Assembly (NCBI GenBank): GCA_050290185.1
Contig: JBNKHE010000010.1
Coordinates: 65,575-129,574 of the forward strand
DNA: 64,000 nucleotides
Direction: 5' to 3'
Source of the DNA: Pontiella sp.
GTDB taxonomy: Bacteria; Verrucomicrobiota; Kiritimatiellia; Kiritimatiellales; Pontiellaceae
Shown piece after piece: positions 1 to 10,031 of this stretch. Position 1 is the stretch's first letter. Each line of letters opens with the position of its first letter. The notes beneath the pieces were generated by a model. It made no database searches. It was not told the origin of the DNA and saw nothing but the letters and a program-made list of their open reading frames with translations. The position numbers and the translations under genes are program-made.

Positions 1-1
1 G

Positions 2-535
2 ACCACGGCCACCCGGATTCGCTACGACGATATTGATCCGACGGTCTGGATTGAGGACAATGGCCAGGCCTGGCTCTTCTGGGGCAACCAAAAGTGCTAC
101 TACGCCAAGCTCAAGGCCAACATGACCGAGCTCGACGGCGAGATTCACGTCATCCCCGACGCGCAGGTGCCGAACTACACCGAGGCGCCGTGGATCCACA
201 AGCATGGCAAGCTGTACTACCTCAGCTACGCGACTGGCTTCCCCGAGACAATTTCCTACTCTACCGCCACCAGCCTGACCGGTCCGTGGACGCCGCGCGG
301 CCTCCTCTCCGAGGGCGCCTTCAACAGCAACACCATTCACCAAGGCATCATCACCTTCAAGGGTGTGGACTATTTCTTCTATCACACCGGTGGCATGCAG
401 CATAACTCCAAGCTCGGTCCCGGCAGTAGCCACCGCCGCGCCACCTGTATCGATTACCTCCATTATAACTCCGACGGCACCCTTCGCCGCGTGATTCACA
501 CCTCTGAGGGCGTCGACGGTTCGGGGCGCAAATAA
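2..535 (+). CDS. GH43 family glycoside hydrolase (xylosidase/arabinofuranosidase), 5'-truncated by window edge
   Basis: The frame is open from base 2 (TTATRIRYDDIDPTVWIEDNGQAWLFWGN...) into ORF 122..535. IDP, TEAPWI, YYLSY and TIHQGI are typical GH43 propeller motifs. Confidence 0.85.
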   Translation, partial: TTATRIRYDDIDPTVWIEDNGQAWLFWGNQKCYYAKLKANMTELDGEIHVIPDAQVPNYTEAPWIHKHGKLYYLSYATGFPETISYSTATSLTGPWTPRGLLSEGAFNSNTIHQGIITFKGVDYFFYHTGGMQHNSKLGPGSSHRRATCIDYLHYNSDGTLRRVIHTSEGVDGSGRK

Positions 536-552
536 TCTGAAAAAGGAAAGTC

Positions 553-1677
553 ATGAAGCTTGGAACATCCATTAAAACCATCATTTCAGCCCGCGTGCTG
601 CGTGCAGTTGTTCTCACAACGGTATTGATCTCCGGCGCCATCGTTCAGGCAAAGTCTCCGATGAAACCGTCTGGACAGCCCGGCTCAAAACCGATGCGCG
701 TACCGACCGAAAAGGACTTTTCGGCCTATCTCTTCGTGTTTCATCAGGATGCCGACCACAGCCTGCATATGGCGCTCAGTTCCGATGGGTACACTTTTAC
801 CGATGTGAACGATGGCCAGGCGGTGATGAGCGGACGCGACCTTGCCGAGCAGAAGGGCATTCGCGATCCATACATTGCACGCGGACCCGACGGCGCGTTC
901 TATCTCGGGATGACGGATCTGCATATCTTTGCCCAACGTGAGGGGCTGCGCGATACCGAGTGGCAGCGTCCTGGCGAGCTGTATGACTGGGGCAACAATC
1001 AGGCTCTGGTCTTCATGAAGTCCTACGATTTGGTCCACTGGACGCACACGATCTATCACGTTGGTGAGGAGTTCGAGGCGTTCAGCGATATCGGTTGCCT
1101 CTGGGCGCCGCAGATGATTCTAGATGAGACGAAGGGTAAGATGATGGTGTCGTTCACCACGCGCTTCGGAAAAGGGCGGAACAAGCTCTATTATGCCTAT
1201 GCCGACGATGCCTTTACCTGTTTCGAAACCGAGCCAGAAGAGCTTTTTCAATATCCGCGCGATAAAAATATCATCGACAGCGACATCACGAAGGTCGGCG
1301 ATCAGTATCATCTCTTCTATGTTGCGCACGACAACCCCGGCGGCATCCGGCATGCCGTCTCGGACCGGGTCAACGGCGGCTATGTTTTTGACGAAACAAA
1401 GGTCGATCCGGAACGGGTCGCCTGCGAGGCGCCCAGTGTGTGGAAGCGCATCGGGACCGACACCTACGTGCTGATGTACGACGTCTTCGGTATGCGTCCC
1501 CATAACTTCGGGTTCAGCGAAACCACCGATTTTAAAACCTTCAAACCCATCGGGCACTTCAACGAAGGGGTCATGAAGACAACCAATTTCAGCTCGCCGA
1601 AACATGGGGCCATTATTCCCCTGACCAAGAAAGAGGCCGATCGGCTGGCGACGTATTGGGGGCTCAAGGACTACTGA
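553..1677 (+). CDS. Secreted GH43-like five-bladed beta-propeller glycoside hydrolase
   Basis: Signal-peptide-like N-terminus; RDPYI, WAPQ, IIDSDI and CEAPSV motifs. Confidence 0.8.
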   Translation: MKLGTSIKTIISARVLRAVVLTTVLISGAIVQAKSPMKPSGQPGSKPMRVPTEKDFSAYLFVFHQDADHSLHMALSSDGYTFTDVNDGQAVMSGRDLAEQKGIRDPYIARGPDGAFYLGMTDLHIFAQREGLRDTEWQRPGELYDWGNNQALVFMKSYDLVHWTHTIYHVGEEFEAFSDIGCLWAPQMILDETKGKMMVSFTTRFGKGRNKLYYAYADDAFTCFETEPEELFQYPRDKNIIDSDITKVGDQYHLFYVAHDNPGGIRHAVSDRVNGGYVFDETKVDPERVACEAPSVWKRIGTDTYVLMYDVFGMRPHNFGFSETTDFKTFKPIGHFNEGVMKTTNFSSPKHGAIIPLTKKEADRLATYWGLKDY

Positions 1678-1696
1678 TACAAAGCAAAGGATACAT

Positions 1697-1803
1697 GTGA
1701 TAAAACGAACCATAACGGCATCGCTCTGCATGCTGAATGCAACCGCGACGGCACCCTCCGCCACGTGATTCACACCTCCGAGAGTGTGGACGGACTGGAG
1801 TGA
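1697..1803 (+). pseudogene. Internally deleted GH43 paralogue remnant
   Basis: An RBS and GTG start a signal-peptide-like stretch (IKRTITASLCMLNATA) joined out of frame to DGTLRHVIHTSESVDGLE*. This matches the tail of the first gene (DGTLRRVIHTSEGVDGSGRK*). Confidence 0.6.
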
Positions 1804-1813
1804 TTGGGATTAA

Positions 1814-3532
1814 ATGAAGAAAGAGAACAAGGAGAGAGCAATGAATAATCTATCAGGAACACGGATTCTATTAGCGGTGTTGGGCGGCTTCGCAGCCGCT
1901 TGTCCAGTAGTGAATGCAGGTAGCATTCCAATTACGGAGAAGCCCAATGTGATTGTGGACACCAAGGAGGAGCCGGTCATGAACGGAAAGTTTAAGCCGA
2001 CCTGGAAATCGCTGCAGCAATACGAGGCTCCCGAATGGTTCCGCGACGCCAAGTTCGGCATCTGGGCCCACTGGGGGCCGCAGTGCGAGCCGTTGGCTGG
2101 CGACTGGTATGCCCGCCATATGTATATCCAGGGCCGCCCCCAATACGGGGTCCAGCTTGAGAAATACGGCCACCCGTCGGAGTTTGGCTTCAAGGACGTG
2201 ATCCACGCCTGGAAAGCCGACAAGTGGGATCCGGAACGCTTGGTGAAACTCTACAAGCGCGTCGGCGCCCACTATTTCTTCGCGATGGCGAACCACCACG
2301 ACAATCTCGACATGTGGGACTCGAAATACCAGCCGTGGAACTCGGTCGCGGTTGGGCCGAAGAAGGATATCATCGCCGGCTGGGCCAAGGCCGCCCGCGA
2401 AAACAAGTTGCCTTTCGGCGTTAGCGTACATGCGGCCCACGCCTGGTCCTGGTATGAAGTTTCTCAAGGCGCGGACAGGGATGGCGACAAGGCCGGCGTG
2501 CCCTACGACGGCAAGCTGACGAAGGCCGATGGCAAGGGCACATGGTGGGAGGGCCTCGATCCGCAGGATCTCTATGAGCAGCGCCACGAGCCGAGCCCCG
2601 GCTTTGAAAACATGGGAGCCATTCACGGTCGCTGGAACTGGGGCGGCGGCGTCACCCAGCCCGACCAGGCCTACTGCGAAAAGTTCTACAACCGCACCGT
2701 GGATCTGATCAACAAATACCAGCCCGACCTCATCTATTTCGACGATACCGCGCTACCGCTTTGGCCGGTGAGCGATGCGGGCCTGAAGATTGCCGCCCAA
2801 TTTTATAATTCGAACCTGAAGAGAACCCACGGTCGAAGCGAAGGCGTCATGTTTGGAAAAATCCTCACCGAGGATCAGAAAAAGGCCCTGGTGTGGGACG
2901 TCGAACGCGGCGTTCCGCCGGGTATTGTGTATCCGGCATGGCAAACCTGCACCTGCATCGGCGGTTGGCACTACAACAACTGGGAGTACGATCACAATCT
3001 CTACAAGAGCGCCCGAACGGTCGTCCACATGCTTGCCGACATCGTGAGCAAGAACGGCAACCTGCTTCTCAACATTCCCGTGCGCGGCGACGGCTCGATC
3101 GACGAAAAGGAGGAAGCGATTCTAGAAGGCATTGCCGAATGGATGGATGTAAACAACGAAGCCATTTTTGCCACTCGCCCGTGGGAAACCTTCGGAGAAG
3201 GTCCGGCCAGCGAAGGTGCGGAACTCTCCGCGCAAGGCTTCAACGAAGGCAAGGGCAAGCCCTTCACGACCGAGGACATCCGCTACACCGTCAGCAAGGA
3301 TGGCAAGACCCTCTATGCCATCGTCATGGGTTGGCCAGAACAACCGGTATCCCTCAAGTCGCTCGGTACCGATGCCAAGCTGCTCAAACGTCGGGTGAAG
3401 AAGATCGAGCTGCTGGGCTCCCGATCGATCATCCGTTGGAAGCAGGGGGACGACGCATTGGTCATTGAAACCACGTCGTCCGCCCCCGACAGCGAAGCCA
3501 AGGCCGCCGCAGTCTTTAAAATCAGCTTGTAG
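1814..3532 (+). CDS. Alpha-L-fucosidase, GH29 (start may be ATG 1841)
   Basis: PEWFRDAKFGIWAHWG, HHD, LIYFD and VSKNGNLLLNI motifs; signal peptide after 1841. Confidence 0.92.
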   Translation: MKKENKERAMNNLSGTRILLAVLGGFAAACPVVNAGSIPITEKPNVIVDTKEEPVMNGKFKPTWKSLQQYEAPEWFRDAKFGIWAHWGPQCEPLAGDWYARHMYIQGRPQYGVQLEKYGHPSEFGFKDVIHAWKADKWDPERLVKLYKRVGAHYFFAMANHHDNLDMWDSKYQPWNSVAVGPKKDIIAGWAKAARENKLPFGVSVHAAHAWSWYEVSQGADRDGDKAGVPYDGKLTKADGKGTWWEGLDPQDLYEQRHEPSPGFENMGAIHGRWNWGGGVTQPDQAYCEKFYNRTVDLINKYQPDLIYFDDTALPLWPVSDAGLKIAAQFYNSNLKRTHGRSEGVMFGKILTEDQKKALVWDVERGVPPGIVYPAWQTCTCIGGWHYNNWEYDHNLYKSARTVVHMLADIVSKNGNLLLNIPVRGDGSIDEKEEAILEGIAEWMDVNNEAIFATRPWETFGEGPASEGAELSAQGFNEGKGKPFTTEDIRYTVSKDGKTLYAIVMGWPEQPVSLKSLGTDAKLLKRRVKKIELLGSRSIIRWKQGDDALVIETTSSAPDSEAKAAAVFKISL

Positions 3533-3599
3533 CCATAGAAACGCTACATTGGACCACGCCTGGTGCTTAGGTTCCTCGCGATAAATAACAGAGACGTTC

Positions 3600-5885
3600 A
3601 TGGAGATTCATAATATGAAGCCGATTGCCTTATCACATTTAACCCTATTGTCGGTCTTGGGTTTGTCGGTTGGATGTGTTGCCGAAACCCATCCCGCCAG
3701 TTCGGTGCTCTGGTACGAACAGCCCGCGCGAAGCTGGATGACCGAGGCGTTGCCGTTGGGCAACGCCTCGCTGGGCGGCATGTTCTTTGGCCTCTCCGAT
3801 ACCGAGCGGGTCCAGTTCAATCAGGACACGCTCTGGACGGGCAATGAACATGATACCGGAAGCTACCAGGCGTTCGGCGATGTCTTCATTCAGCTTGGAC
3901 ACGAGAACCCGATGAACTATCGCCGCGAACTGGACATCGACAATGCGATGCTCAAGGTGTCCTATCGCGCCCAAGGCGTCGACTATGAACGCCTGGCTTT
4001 CGCCAGCCATCCGGCGGACGTGATCATTTATCATTTCAAGGCCAACAAGCCCGGCGCGTATAGCGGACGTATCTGGCTGAGCGATATGCACGGTGCCGAG
4101 ATTACGGCCGACGGCGACCGGCTCATCGCTGCCGGTCAGCTGGATAGGGACGGCTTGCACTACGAATCGCAGCTGCGCGTACTCCATTCCGGCGGGCGCG
4201 TTCGGGTCGAGAGGTCGGATGTATCGGGCAATCCGCTCGCCGGTGTTCCCGATGCCGGCGACCGCACGCTTCCCCGGACTTCGTTGGTGTTCGAAAAATG
4301 CGATTCCATCACGCTGGTGCTGGCCGCCGGTACCGATTATCTGGCGGACCACGAAAAGAATTGGCGTGGTGAAAAACCGCATGCCGCGGTGACCAAGCGG
4401 GTTGACGCCGTCACAGCGGATGCGCTGATGGATCTCTATAAGGCCCACGTGGCCGACTACCAGTCGCTCTACCACCGCTTCCAGGTCGACCTGGGCAAGA
4501 CCGCGGAAAGCGTGGCGGACAAACCCACCGACGAACGCCTTCTCGCCTATACGAAGGACAAGACCAACGATCCCGACCTCGAGGAGTTGTTAGTCAACTA
4601 TGGACGCTACCTGATGATCAGCAGCTCGCGTCCCGGTAGCATGCCCGCCAACCTGCAGGGGCTTTGGAACGACAAGAACAATCCGCCGTGGCGCTGCGAC
4701 TACCACTCCAACATCAACATCGAGATGAACTATTGGCCCAGCGAACCGACCAACCTCGGCGAATGCCAGAAACCGTTCCTCGACTATATCCGCAGCCAGA
4801 TTCCGATCTATCGCGAACGCACCCGCGAAGAGTGGAAGGACACGAAGACCGGTTGGACGGTACGCACCGAGAACGGCGTATTCGGCGGCGGGAGCTACAA
4901 GTGGAACCCGCCCGGAAGCGCCTGGTACGCACAGCATTTCTGGGAACACTATGCTTATGGGCAGGACAAGGACTACCTGCGCAATGAGGCCTATCCCGTC
5001 TTGAAGGAGCTCTGCGGATTCTGGGAAGGCATGCTCGTCGAACGCCCGGACGGCACGCTTGTTACGCCGGTCGGCTGGTCGCCCGAACACGGGCCGGACG
5101 AAGAGGCCATCACCTACGATCTGGAAATTGTCTACGACCTGTTCTCCAACTACATCGATGCCGCCGATGCGCTCGGTACCGACAAGAAATACCGCGACAA
5201 GGTCGCGCAGATGCGCGATCGTTTGCTCAAACCGAAGATCGGCAAATGGGAACAGCTGCAGGAATGGGAAACCGACCGGGACGATCCGAAGGACGACCAC
5301 CGCCACGTTTCCCATCTGTTCGGTCTCTACCCCGGCCGGCAGATCACCGCCACCGGAACCCCCGATCTGTTCAAGGCCGCAAGGATATCGCTCGAAGCCC
5401 GCGGCGATGGCGGTACCGGCTGGAGCCGCGCATGGAAGATCAACTTCTGGGCCCGCTTCCAGGACGGCGACCACGCCTACCTCATGCTGCGCAACCTGAT
5501 GACCTATGTGAACTCCGTTGGTACCGACATGGTCAACGGCGGCGGTCTCTACCCGAACCTGTTCGATGCCCATCCACCGTTCCAGATCGACGGCAACTTC
5601 GGCGCAACCGCCGGCGTGGCCGAGATGCTTGTGCAATCGCAAACCGGCGAAATCGTCTTGCTGCCCGCGCTGCCCAACGCCTGGCCGACCGGTTCCGTGA
5701 AAGGATTGCGCGCTCGCGGCGGCTATGAGATCGACATGATTTGGATGCAAGGAAAGCTGATGTCCGCTACCATTAAAAACATCAAGGGTTCCGGTGCCAG
5801 AATCCGCTACGGGGACAAGACCGTCAATTTGAATGTTCCAGTTGGACAGCAGGTCGTTCTGGATGGCGAATTAAAGAAAAAGTAA
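3600..5885 (+). CDS. Alpha-1,2-L-fucosidase, GH95 (possible lipoprotein, LSVGC)
   Basis: EALPLGN, YGRYLMISSSR, NLQGLW, NINIEMNYW, SPEHG, HRHVSHL and HPPFQIDGNFG motifs. Confidence 0.93.
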   Translation: MEIHNMKPIALSHLTLLSVLGLSVGCVAETHPASSVLWYEQPARSWMTEALPLGNASLGGMFFGLSDTERVQFNQDTLWTGNEHDTGSYQAFGDVFIQLGHENPMNYRRELDIDNAMLKVSYRAQGVDYERLAFASHPADVIIYHFKANKPGAYSGRIWLSDMHGAEITADGDRLIAAGQLDRDGLHYESQLRVLHSGGRVRVERSDVSGNPLAGVPDAGDRTLPRTSLVFEKCDSITLVLAAGTDYLADHEKNWRGEKPHAAVTKRVDAVTADALMDLYKAHVADYQSLYHRFQVDLGKTAESVADKPTDERLLAYTKDKTNDPDLEELLVNYGRYLMISSSRPGSMPANLQGLWNDKNNPPWRCDYHSNINIEMNYWPSEPTNLGECQKPFLDYIRSQIPIYRERTREEWKDTKTGWTVRTENGVFGGGSYKWNPPGSAWYAQHFWEHYAYGQDKDYLRNEAYPVLKELCGFWEGMLVERPDGTLVTPVGWSPEHGPDEEAITYDLEIVYDLFSNYIDAADALGTDKKYRDKVAQMRDRLLKPKIGKWEQLQEWETDRDDPKDDHRHVSHLFGLYPGRQITATGTPDLFKAARISLEARGDGGTGWSRAWKINFWARFQDGDHAYLMLRNLMTYVNSVGTDMVNGGGLYPNLFDAHPPFQIDGNFGATAGVAEMLVQSQTGEIVLLPALPNAWPTGSVKGLRARGGYEIDMIWMQGKLMSATIKNIKGSGARIRYGDKTVNLNVPVGQQVVLDGELKKK

Positions 5886-5902
5886 ACGAAAGCAGGTTCG
5901 TT

Positions 5903-7954
5903 ATGATGATAGACAAGACAATGATGGGATGGCCGTTATCGGCAAAGTTCGCAATGGTTGCCATTGCATCCATGACAATGCTGTGCCCGGCAAAGGCTGA
6001 GACTTCGCCTTCCACCGTGGCCTCGTCCGACTCGGTACTGTCTATTCACATGGACGAGCCGGGTGCGGCGGTCAGCCCGACGTTCTACGGTATCTTTTTT
6101 GAAGACATTAACCGGGCGGGGGATGGCGGGCTCTACGCCGAGATGGTGCAGAACCGATCGTTCGAGGATAACGAACATCTGATTGCCTGGACGCCGCTCA
6201 TGGATTCAAAGGCGAAGGCGACGGTTGAACTGAACCAATCCTCGCCGCTTAATGCGAACAATCCGACGAGTCTGAAAATCCACATCGATAAAACCGGCGG
6301 GGATCGCGTGGCCGTTTACAATCAGGGCTTCAAGGGCATCATCTCGCCCAAAAAAGCACCGGAAACCTCGGAAGCATGGGTGGAAAAATTCGCGGCGGCC
6401 CAGCGGAAACCGGACAACGGCCTCGTGGTCGAGTCCGGGAAGGAATACCGCTTCAGCATGTATGTACGGACGCAGGGGTATTCCGGCCCCATCGGGGTAT
6501 CGCTCGAAACGCAAACCGGCGAAGTGCTGGCCCGGCAGGCGGTCAAGCCGGTCGGCAGGGATTGGAAGAAAATTGAACTGACGCTGGTGCCGGAAAAATC
6601 CGACGCGGATGCTAGGCTGGTGCTTTCCATGAACAAAAGGGGCTCCGTCTGGTTCGACATGGTTTCGCTGTTTCCGGTCGACACGTGGAGGGATAGCGGC
6701 CTTCGACCCGATCTGGCGCAGATGATGGTCAACATGAAGCCGGGGCTGTTCCGGTTTCCCGGCGGTTCGTATTCGGAAGGGGCCGTGCTGGCCCATGCAT
6801 GGCGATGGAAGGAGACTATTGGCGATGTCGCGGAACGTCCCGGAAACTGGAATATCTGGGGCTACCGTTCCACCGGCGGACTGGGCTTCCATGAGTACCT
6901 TCAACTGGCCGAAGACCTCGGTTCGGAACCGCTGTATGTCGCCCATGTCGGCATGGCGGAAAGGGATTTTGTGTCGATGGAAGAGTTGGAGCCGTGGATC
7001 CAGGATGTGCTCGATGCCATCGAATACGCCAACGGACCGGTCTCCTCTAAATGGGGCGCGCTGCGCGCGAAGAACGGGCATCCGGAGCCATTCAACCTGA
7101 AGTATGTCGAAATCGGCAACGAGAACGGCATGGGCTATTCGTGGGGCGGCGGTACGCGCGCCGACTACCTGCCGCGCTACAAGGCATTCTACGAACGCAT
7201 CAAGGCGGCCTATCCGGATATCGTTACGATTGCCAATATCCACACCGAGCCGGATGTGCCGGCAGAGATTGTGGACGAACATTACTACGAAACCGCCGAA
7301 TGGTTCTTCAACGCGGCCACGAAATACGACGACTACGACCGCTCCAAGCCGAAACTCTATCTGGGCGAATACGCCGTCAAGAAGGGGGCCGGCCGCGGCA
7401 ACATGGGGGCGGCGCTCGGCGAAGCGGCCTTCCTGACCGGCCTGGAACGCAATGTCGACGTGGTACTGATGACGTCCTACGCGCCGCTGTTCACCAACCC
7501 GTATTGGCAGAAATGGCAACCCGATGCCATCGTATTCGATACCACACGCTGCTACGGCACCCCGAGTTACCATGTCCAGAAAATGTTCGCGAACAACCGT
7601 CCTGACGTGGTGCTGCCGGTAGACCTACCGGAAATCAAGGGCGATGCTCCCATGTTGTTTGCCTGCGCCGGCTTGGTGAAAGATTCCGGGGATCTGATTT
7701 TGAAGGTTGTCAACCGCGGTGATCAGCCGGAACGGTTGGATATCAATCTATCCGGCCTTGCAGGGCAATACGCGAAAGGTGTCTGCACCGAGCTGTCGGC
7801 CACATCGATGGGAGACGAAAACTCCTTCGATCATCCGGACAGGATTGCGCCGAAGGTGGATGAGTTGCCGTCGTTCAGCGGGCGGTGCAAGCATGTGTTC
7901 CCTCCATATTCCGTGACGGTATTGCGCTGGTCGAAAGCGCTGGATGCTCAATGA
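5903..7954 (+). CDS. Alpha-L-arabinofuranosidase, GH51, with CBM-like insert
   Basis: YGIFFEDIN, DGGLYAEMVQNRSFE, RFPGG, EIGNEN, DEHYY, GEYA and SYAPL motifs. Confidence 0.92.
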   Translation: MMIDKTMMGWPLSAKFAMVAIASMTMLCPAKAETSPSTVASSDSVLSIHMDEPGAAVSPTFYGIFFEDINRAGDGGLYAEMVQNRSFEDNEHLIAWTPLMDSKAKATVELNQSSPLNANNPTSLKIHIDKTGGDRVAVYNQGFKGIISPKKAPETSEAWVEKFAAAQRKPDNGLVVESGKEYRFSMYVRTQGYSGPIGVSLETQTGEVLARQAVKPVGRDWKKIELTLVPEKSDADARLVLSMNKRGSVWFDMVSLFPVDTWRDSGLRPDLAQMMVNMKPGLFRFPGGSYSEGAVLAHAWRWKETIGDVAERPGNWNIWGYRSTGGLGFHEYLQLAEDLGSEPLYVAHVGMAERDFVSMEELEPWIQDVLDAIEYANGPVSSKWGALRAKNGHPEPFNLKYVEIGNENGMGYSWGGGTRADYLPRYKAFYERIKAAYPDIVTIANIHTEPDVPAEIVDEHYYETAEWFFNAATKYDDYDRSKPKLYLGEYAVKKGAGRGNMGAALGEAAFLTGLERNVDVVLMTSYAPLFTNPYWQKWQPDAIVFDTTRCYGTPSYHVQKMFANNRPDVVLPVDLPEIKGDAPMLFACAGLVKDSGDLILKVVNRGDQPERLDINLSGLAGQYAKGVCTELSATSMGDENSFDHPDRIAPKVDELPSFSGRCKHVFPPYSVTVLRWSKALDAQ

Positions 7955-8226
7955 GAATGGGGAAATTGCAGAAATCGAGTTCGTGCAAGATTCGGAACCA
8001 TCTGTATGTAAGAACAAAATCAGTCTAACGGAACCACCGTTCTGAGTGAACGGGCAGGGCAATTTTAATGGCTTTAGCATAGACATGCTTGCGCACCTCC
8101 TCCGCCGAGGCCTTGAGTGGCGGTTGTGTCCTAAATCTGTCCAAGAGGGCTTCGGTTTCCCCTGGTTTCCTCTGGTTGACAGGAAAAGGAAAAATGGGTG
8201 GAAACTCACGAAAGGTGTAAAAATAT

Positions 8227-8250
8227 AGGCCGGAACGTGTGTTCCGGCCT
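8227..8250. terminator. Perfect hairpin next to the short tRNA 3'-end copy
   Basis: AGGCCGGAAC-gtgt-GTTCCGGCCT. Confidence 0.5.
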
Positions 8251-8257
8251 TCAAAGT

Positions 8258-8275
8258 TGGTAGCGGGGCTCAGAT
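8258..8275 (-). repeat. Short copy of the tRNA-fMet 3' end
   Basis: TGGTAGCGGGGCTCaGAT matches the start of the 8514 and 36834 repeats with one mismatch. Confidence 0.7.
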
Positions 8276-8476
8276 GGCTACGCCCCTAACTAAAGGGGAC
8301 TGTCGCTTGCCTCCAGTCTCACTGCGCATGGCGTTTCGCCACCCTTCGGGTCTTTTGCTTGGGAAAAATCTGCTTCCGCTCGCGAGCTCGCTTCAGGGCT
8401 TTGGCCTATGGCCTTGGTCCTGTGGGCGCTCTCGACTTTGCGAGATGCGTTTGCTGTGAACCGAGGTTCAAACTAC

Positions 8477-8509
8477 AAAAAAAACCGACTGCCTTTCGGC
8501 AATCGGTTT
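8477..8509 (-). terminator. Rho-independent terminator downstream of the tRNA fragment
   Basis: A-run followed by AAACCGACTGCC-tttc-GGCAATCGGTTT on the + strand. Confidence 0.7.
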
Positions 8510-8513
8510 AAAT

Positions 8514-8564
8514 TGGTAGCGGGGCTCGGATTTGAACAGAGGACCTTCAGGTTATGAGCCTGAC
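8514..8564 (-). repeat. att site: 3' half of initiator tRNA-Met(CAT), left end of island 1
   Basis: The reverse complement is GTCAGGCTCATAACCTGAAGGTCCTCtGTTCAAATCCGAGCCCCGCTACCA, i.e. anticodon arm, T arm and CCA. The 5' half is absent. Confidence 0.9.
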
Positions 8565-8611
8565 AAAAATTAGCAAAAACGCGTTATAATAAGGCTAAAA
8601 TAGAAATATAA

Positions 8612-8631
8612 TTGAGTTATCGTTGACTTAT
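8612..8631 (+). promoter_or_regulatory. Putative integrase arm-type sites (left)
   Basis: TTGAGTTAT-cg-TTGACTTAT; the same motif occurs three times at 36669-36710. Confidence 0.7.
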
Positions 8632-8669
8632 ACTCCCGGAAAGCGCTCTTATTCTGCCCATCAAGGCCA

Positions 8670-10031
8670 GTGATGGACAATGAGCGAATGGGGGCCACGG
8701 TGGCAAAGAAAAAGTCAAAACGACGAGCCAAGGGGACGGGGGCGGTGGTCAAGCTGTCCAGTGGCACGTATGCCTTCCAATACTCGGACGCCAGCGGCAG
8801 GCGCAAAACGCAATCCCTCAAGACCAAGAATAAAGCCGAGGCCGAAGAACGGGCGGTGGAGCTGGCCCGGATGCTTACGGCTGGCGATACGGCGGAGGCG
8901 GTCTTCCAGATTGCCCGCCAGCGCGATCTGGTCCATACCAAATGCCTCCCGTTCGGCGAAGTCTGGCCGGAGTTCCTGAAAACCAATCCAACAGCCGGAG
9001 CCGGGACCCTTGACCTGTATGAGCGGGCTTTGAATAAATTCATTGAATGGATGCTTAAAAACCGCCCGGCCATTGCCGACTTTTCCGAGGTCGATGTCCA
9101 GACTGCCCGCGCCTACATGGAGGATTTCTGGTCAACCGGGATTTCCGCGTCCACCTACAATGACCGACGCAATGCCCTCGGCCACATCACCAAGAGGCTG
9201 GCCAACCGCTACCACATTGATGTCAATCCGTGGGAGCGGACCGAACGGAAGAAAGGGGTGCAGCAAAAACGCCTGCCGTTGAGCCGGGAACAGGTAACGG
9301 CCTTGATGAAGAAAATGGACGAGGAGAAGCTTACCTATCCCGATGAAATGCGGTGTCTGATCCTACTGGGGCTTTATGCCGGAATGCGTTTGGGGGATGC
9401 GGTGTTGCTCGAAAAGCAGTGTGTAAACATGAAGGCTGGCCGCATTGACTACACCCCCAGCAAGACGGCGAGTACCTCCGGCGTACAGGCACAGGTGCCA
9501 ATCCTGCCGCCGTTGGCGGAAGCAATCAGCGTGTTGCCGAAGCATGAAGGGGACCGCCTCCTGCCGAAGATAGCCGCGCATTACAAGCGAAACCCGGAAT
9601 ACATAAAAGACGCCCTTATCGAACTGATCCACAAGGTTACAGGCGATGCCAAGCAGACCACGAAGGCGCAATTCAAACGCTCACGGTCGCTTTATGGCTT
9701 CCATAGTTTGCGCCACACATTCGCGTCCGAGGTCGCTCGATGTGGGGTGTCAGCAACTCACCTGTCGATGTTAACGGGCGACACCATTGCGACGCTGCAA
9801 AAGTTCTATGTGAAGATCGGACTGAATGAGCCGCATGTGCAGGGCTTTGAAAGTATCGCAAGGCTGCTTGAATCCAAACCTGTCAACGGGGACCGGGAGC
9901 GCGAAGAACTGCGGAAGTTGGCCGACGACCTGCCCATCGAAAAGGTCCGCGAATTGATCAAGTTGGCGCGGGCCAAGGATGTTAAAGGGGTCGCGACCAC
10001 CAAGGAATTACAGGAGCAAGGAGCAAAATGA
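8670..10031 (+). CDS. Tyrosine recombinase/integrase (start may be GTG 8700)
   Basis: YAGMRLGD, SKT, FHSLRHTF and a C-terminal Tyr (LQKFY); adjacent to an att site. Confidence 0.92.
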   Translation: MMDNERMGATVAKKKSKRRAKGTGAVVKLSSGTYAFQYSDASGRRKTQSLKTKNKAEAEERAVELARMLTAGDTAEAVFQIARQRDLVHTKCLPFGEVWPEFLKTNPTAGAGTLDLYERALNKFIEWMLKNRPAIADFSEVDVQTARAYMEDFWSTGISASTYNDRRNALGHITKRLANRYHIDVNPWERTERKKGVQQKRLPLSREQVTALMKKMDEEKLTYPDEMRCLILLGLYAGMRLGDAVLLEKQCVNMKAGRIDYTPSKTASTSGVQAQVPILPPLAEAISVLPKHEGDRLLPKIAAHYKRNPEYIKDALIELIHKVTGDAKQTTKAQFKRSRSLYGFHSLRHTFASEVARCGVSATHLSMLTGDTIATLQKFYVKIGLNEPHVQGFESIARLLESKPVNGDREREELRKLADDLPIEKVRELIKLARAKDVKGVATTKELQEQGAK

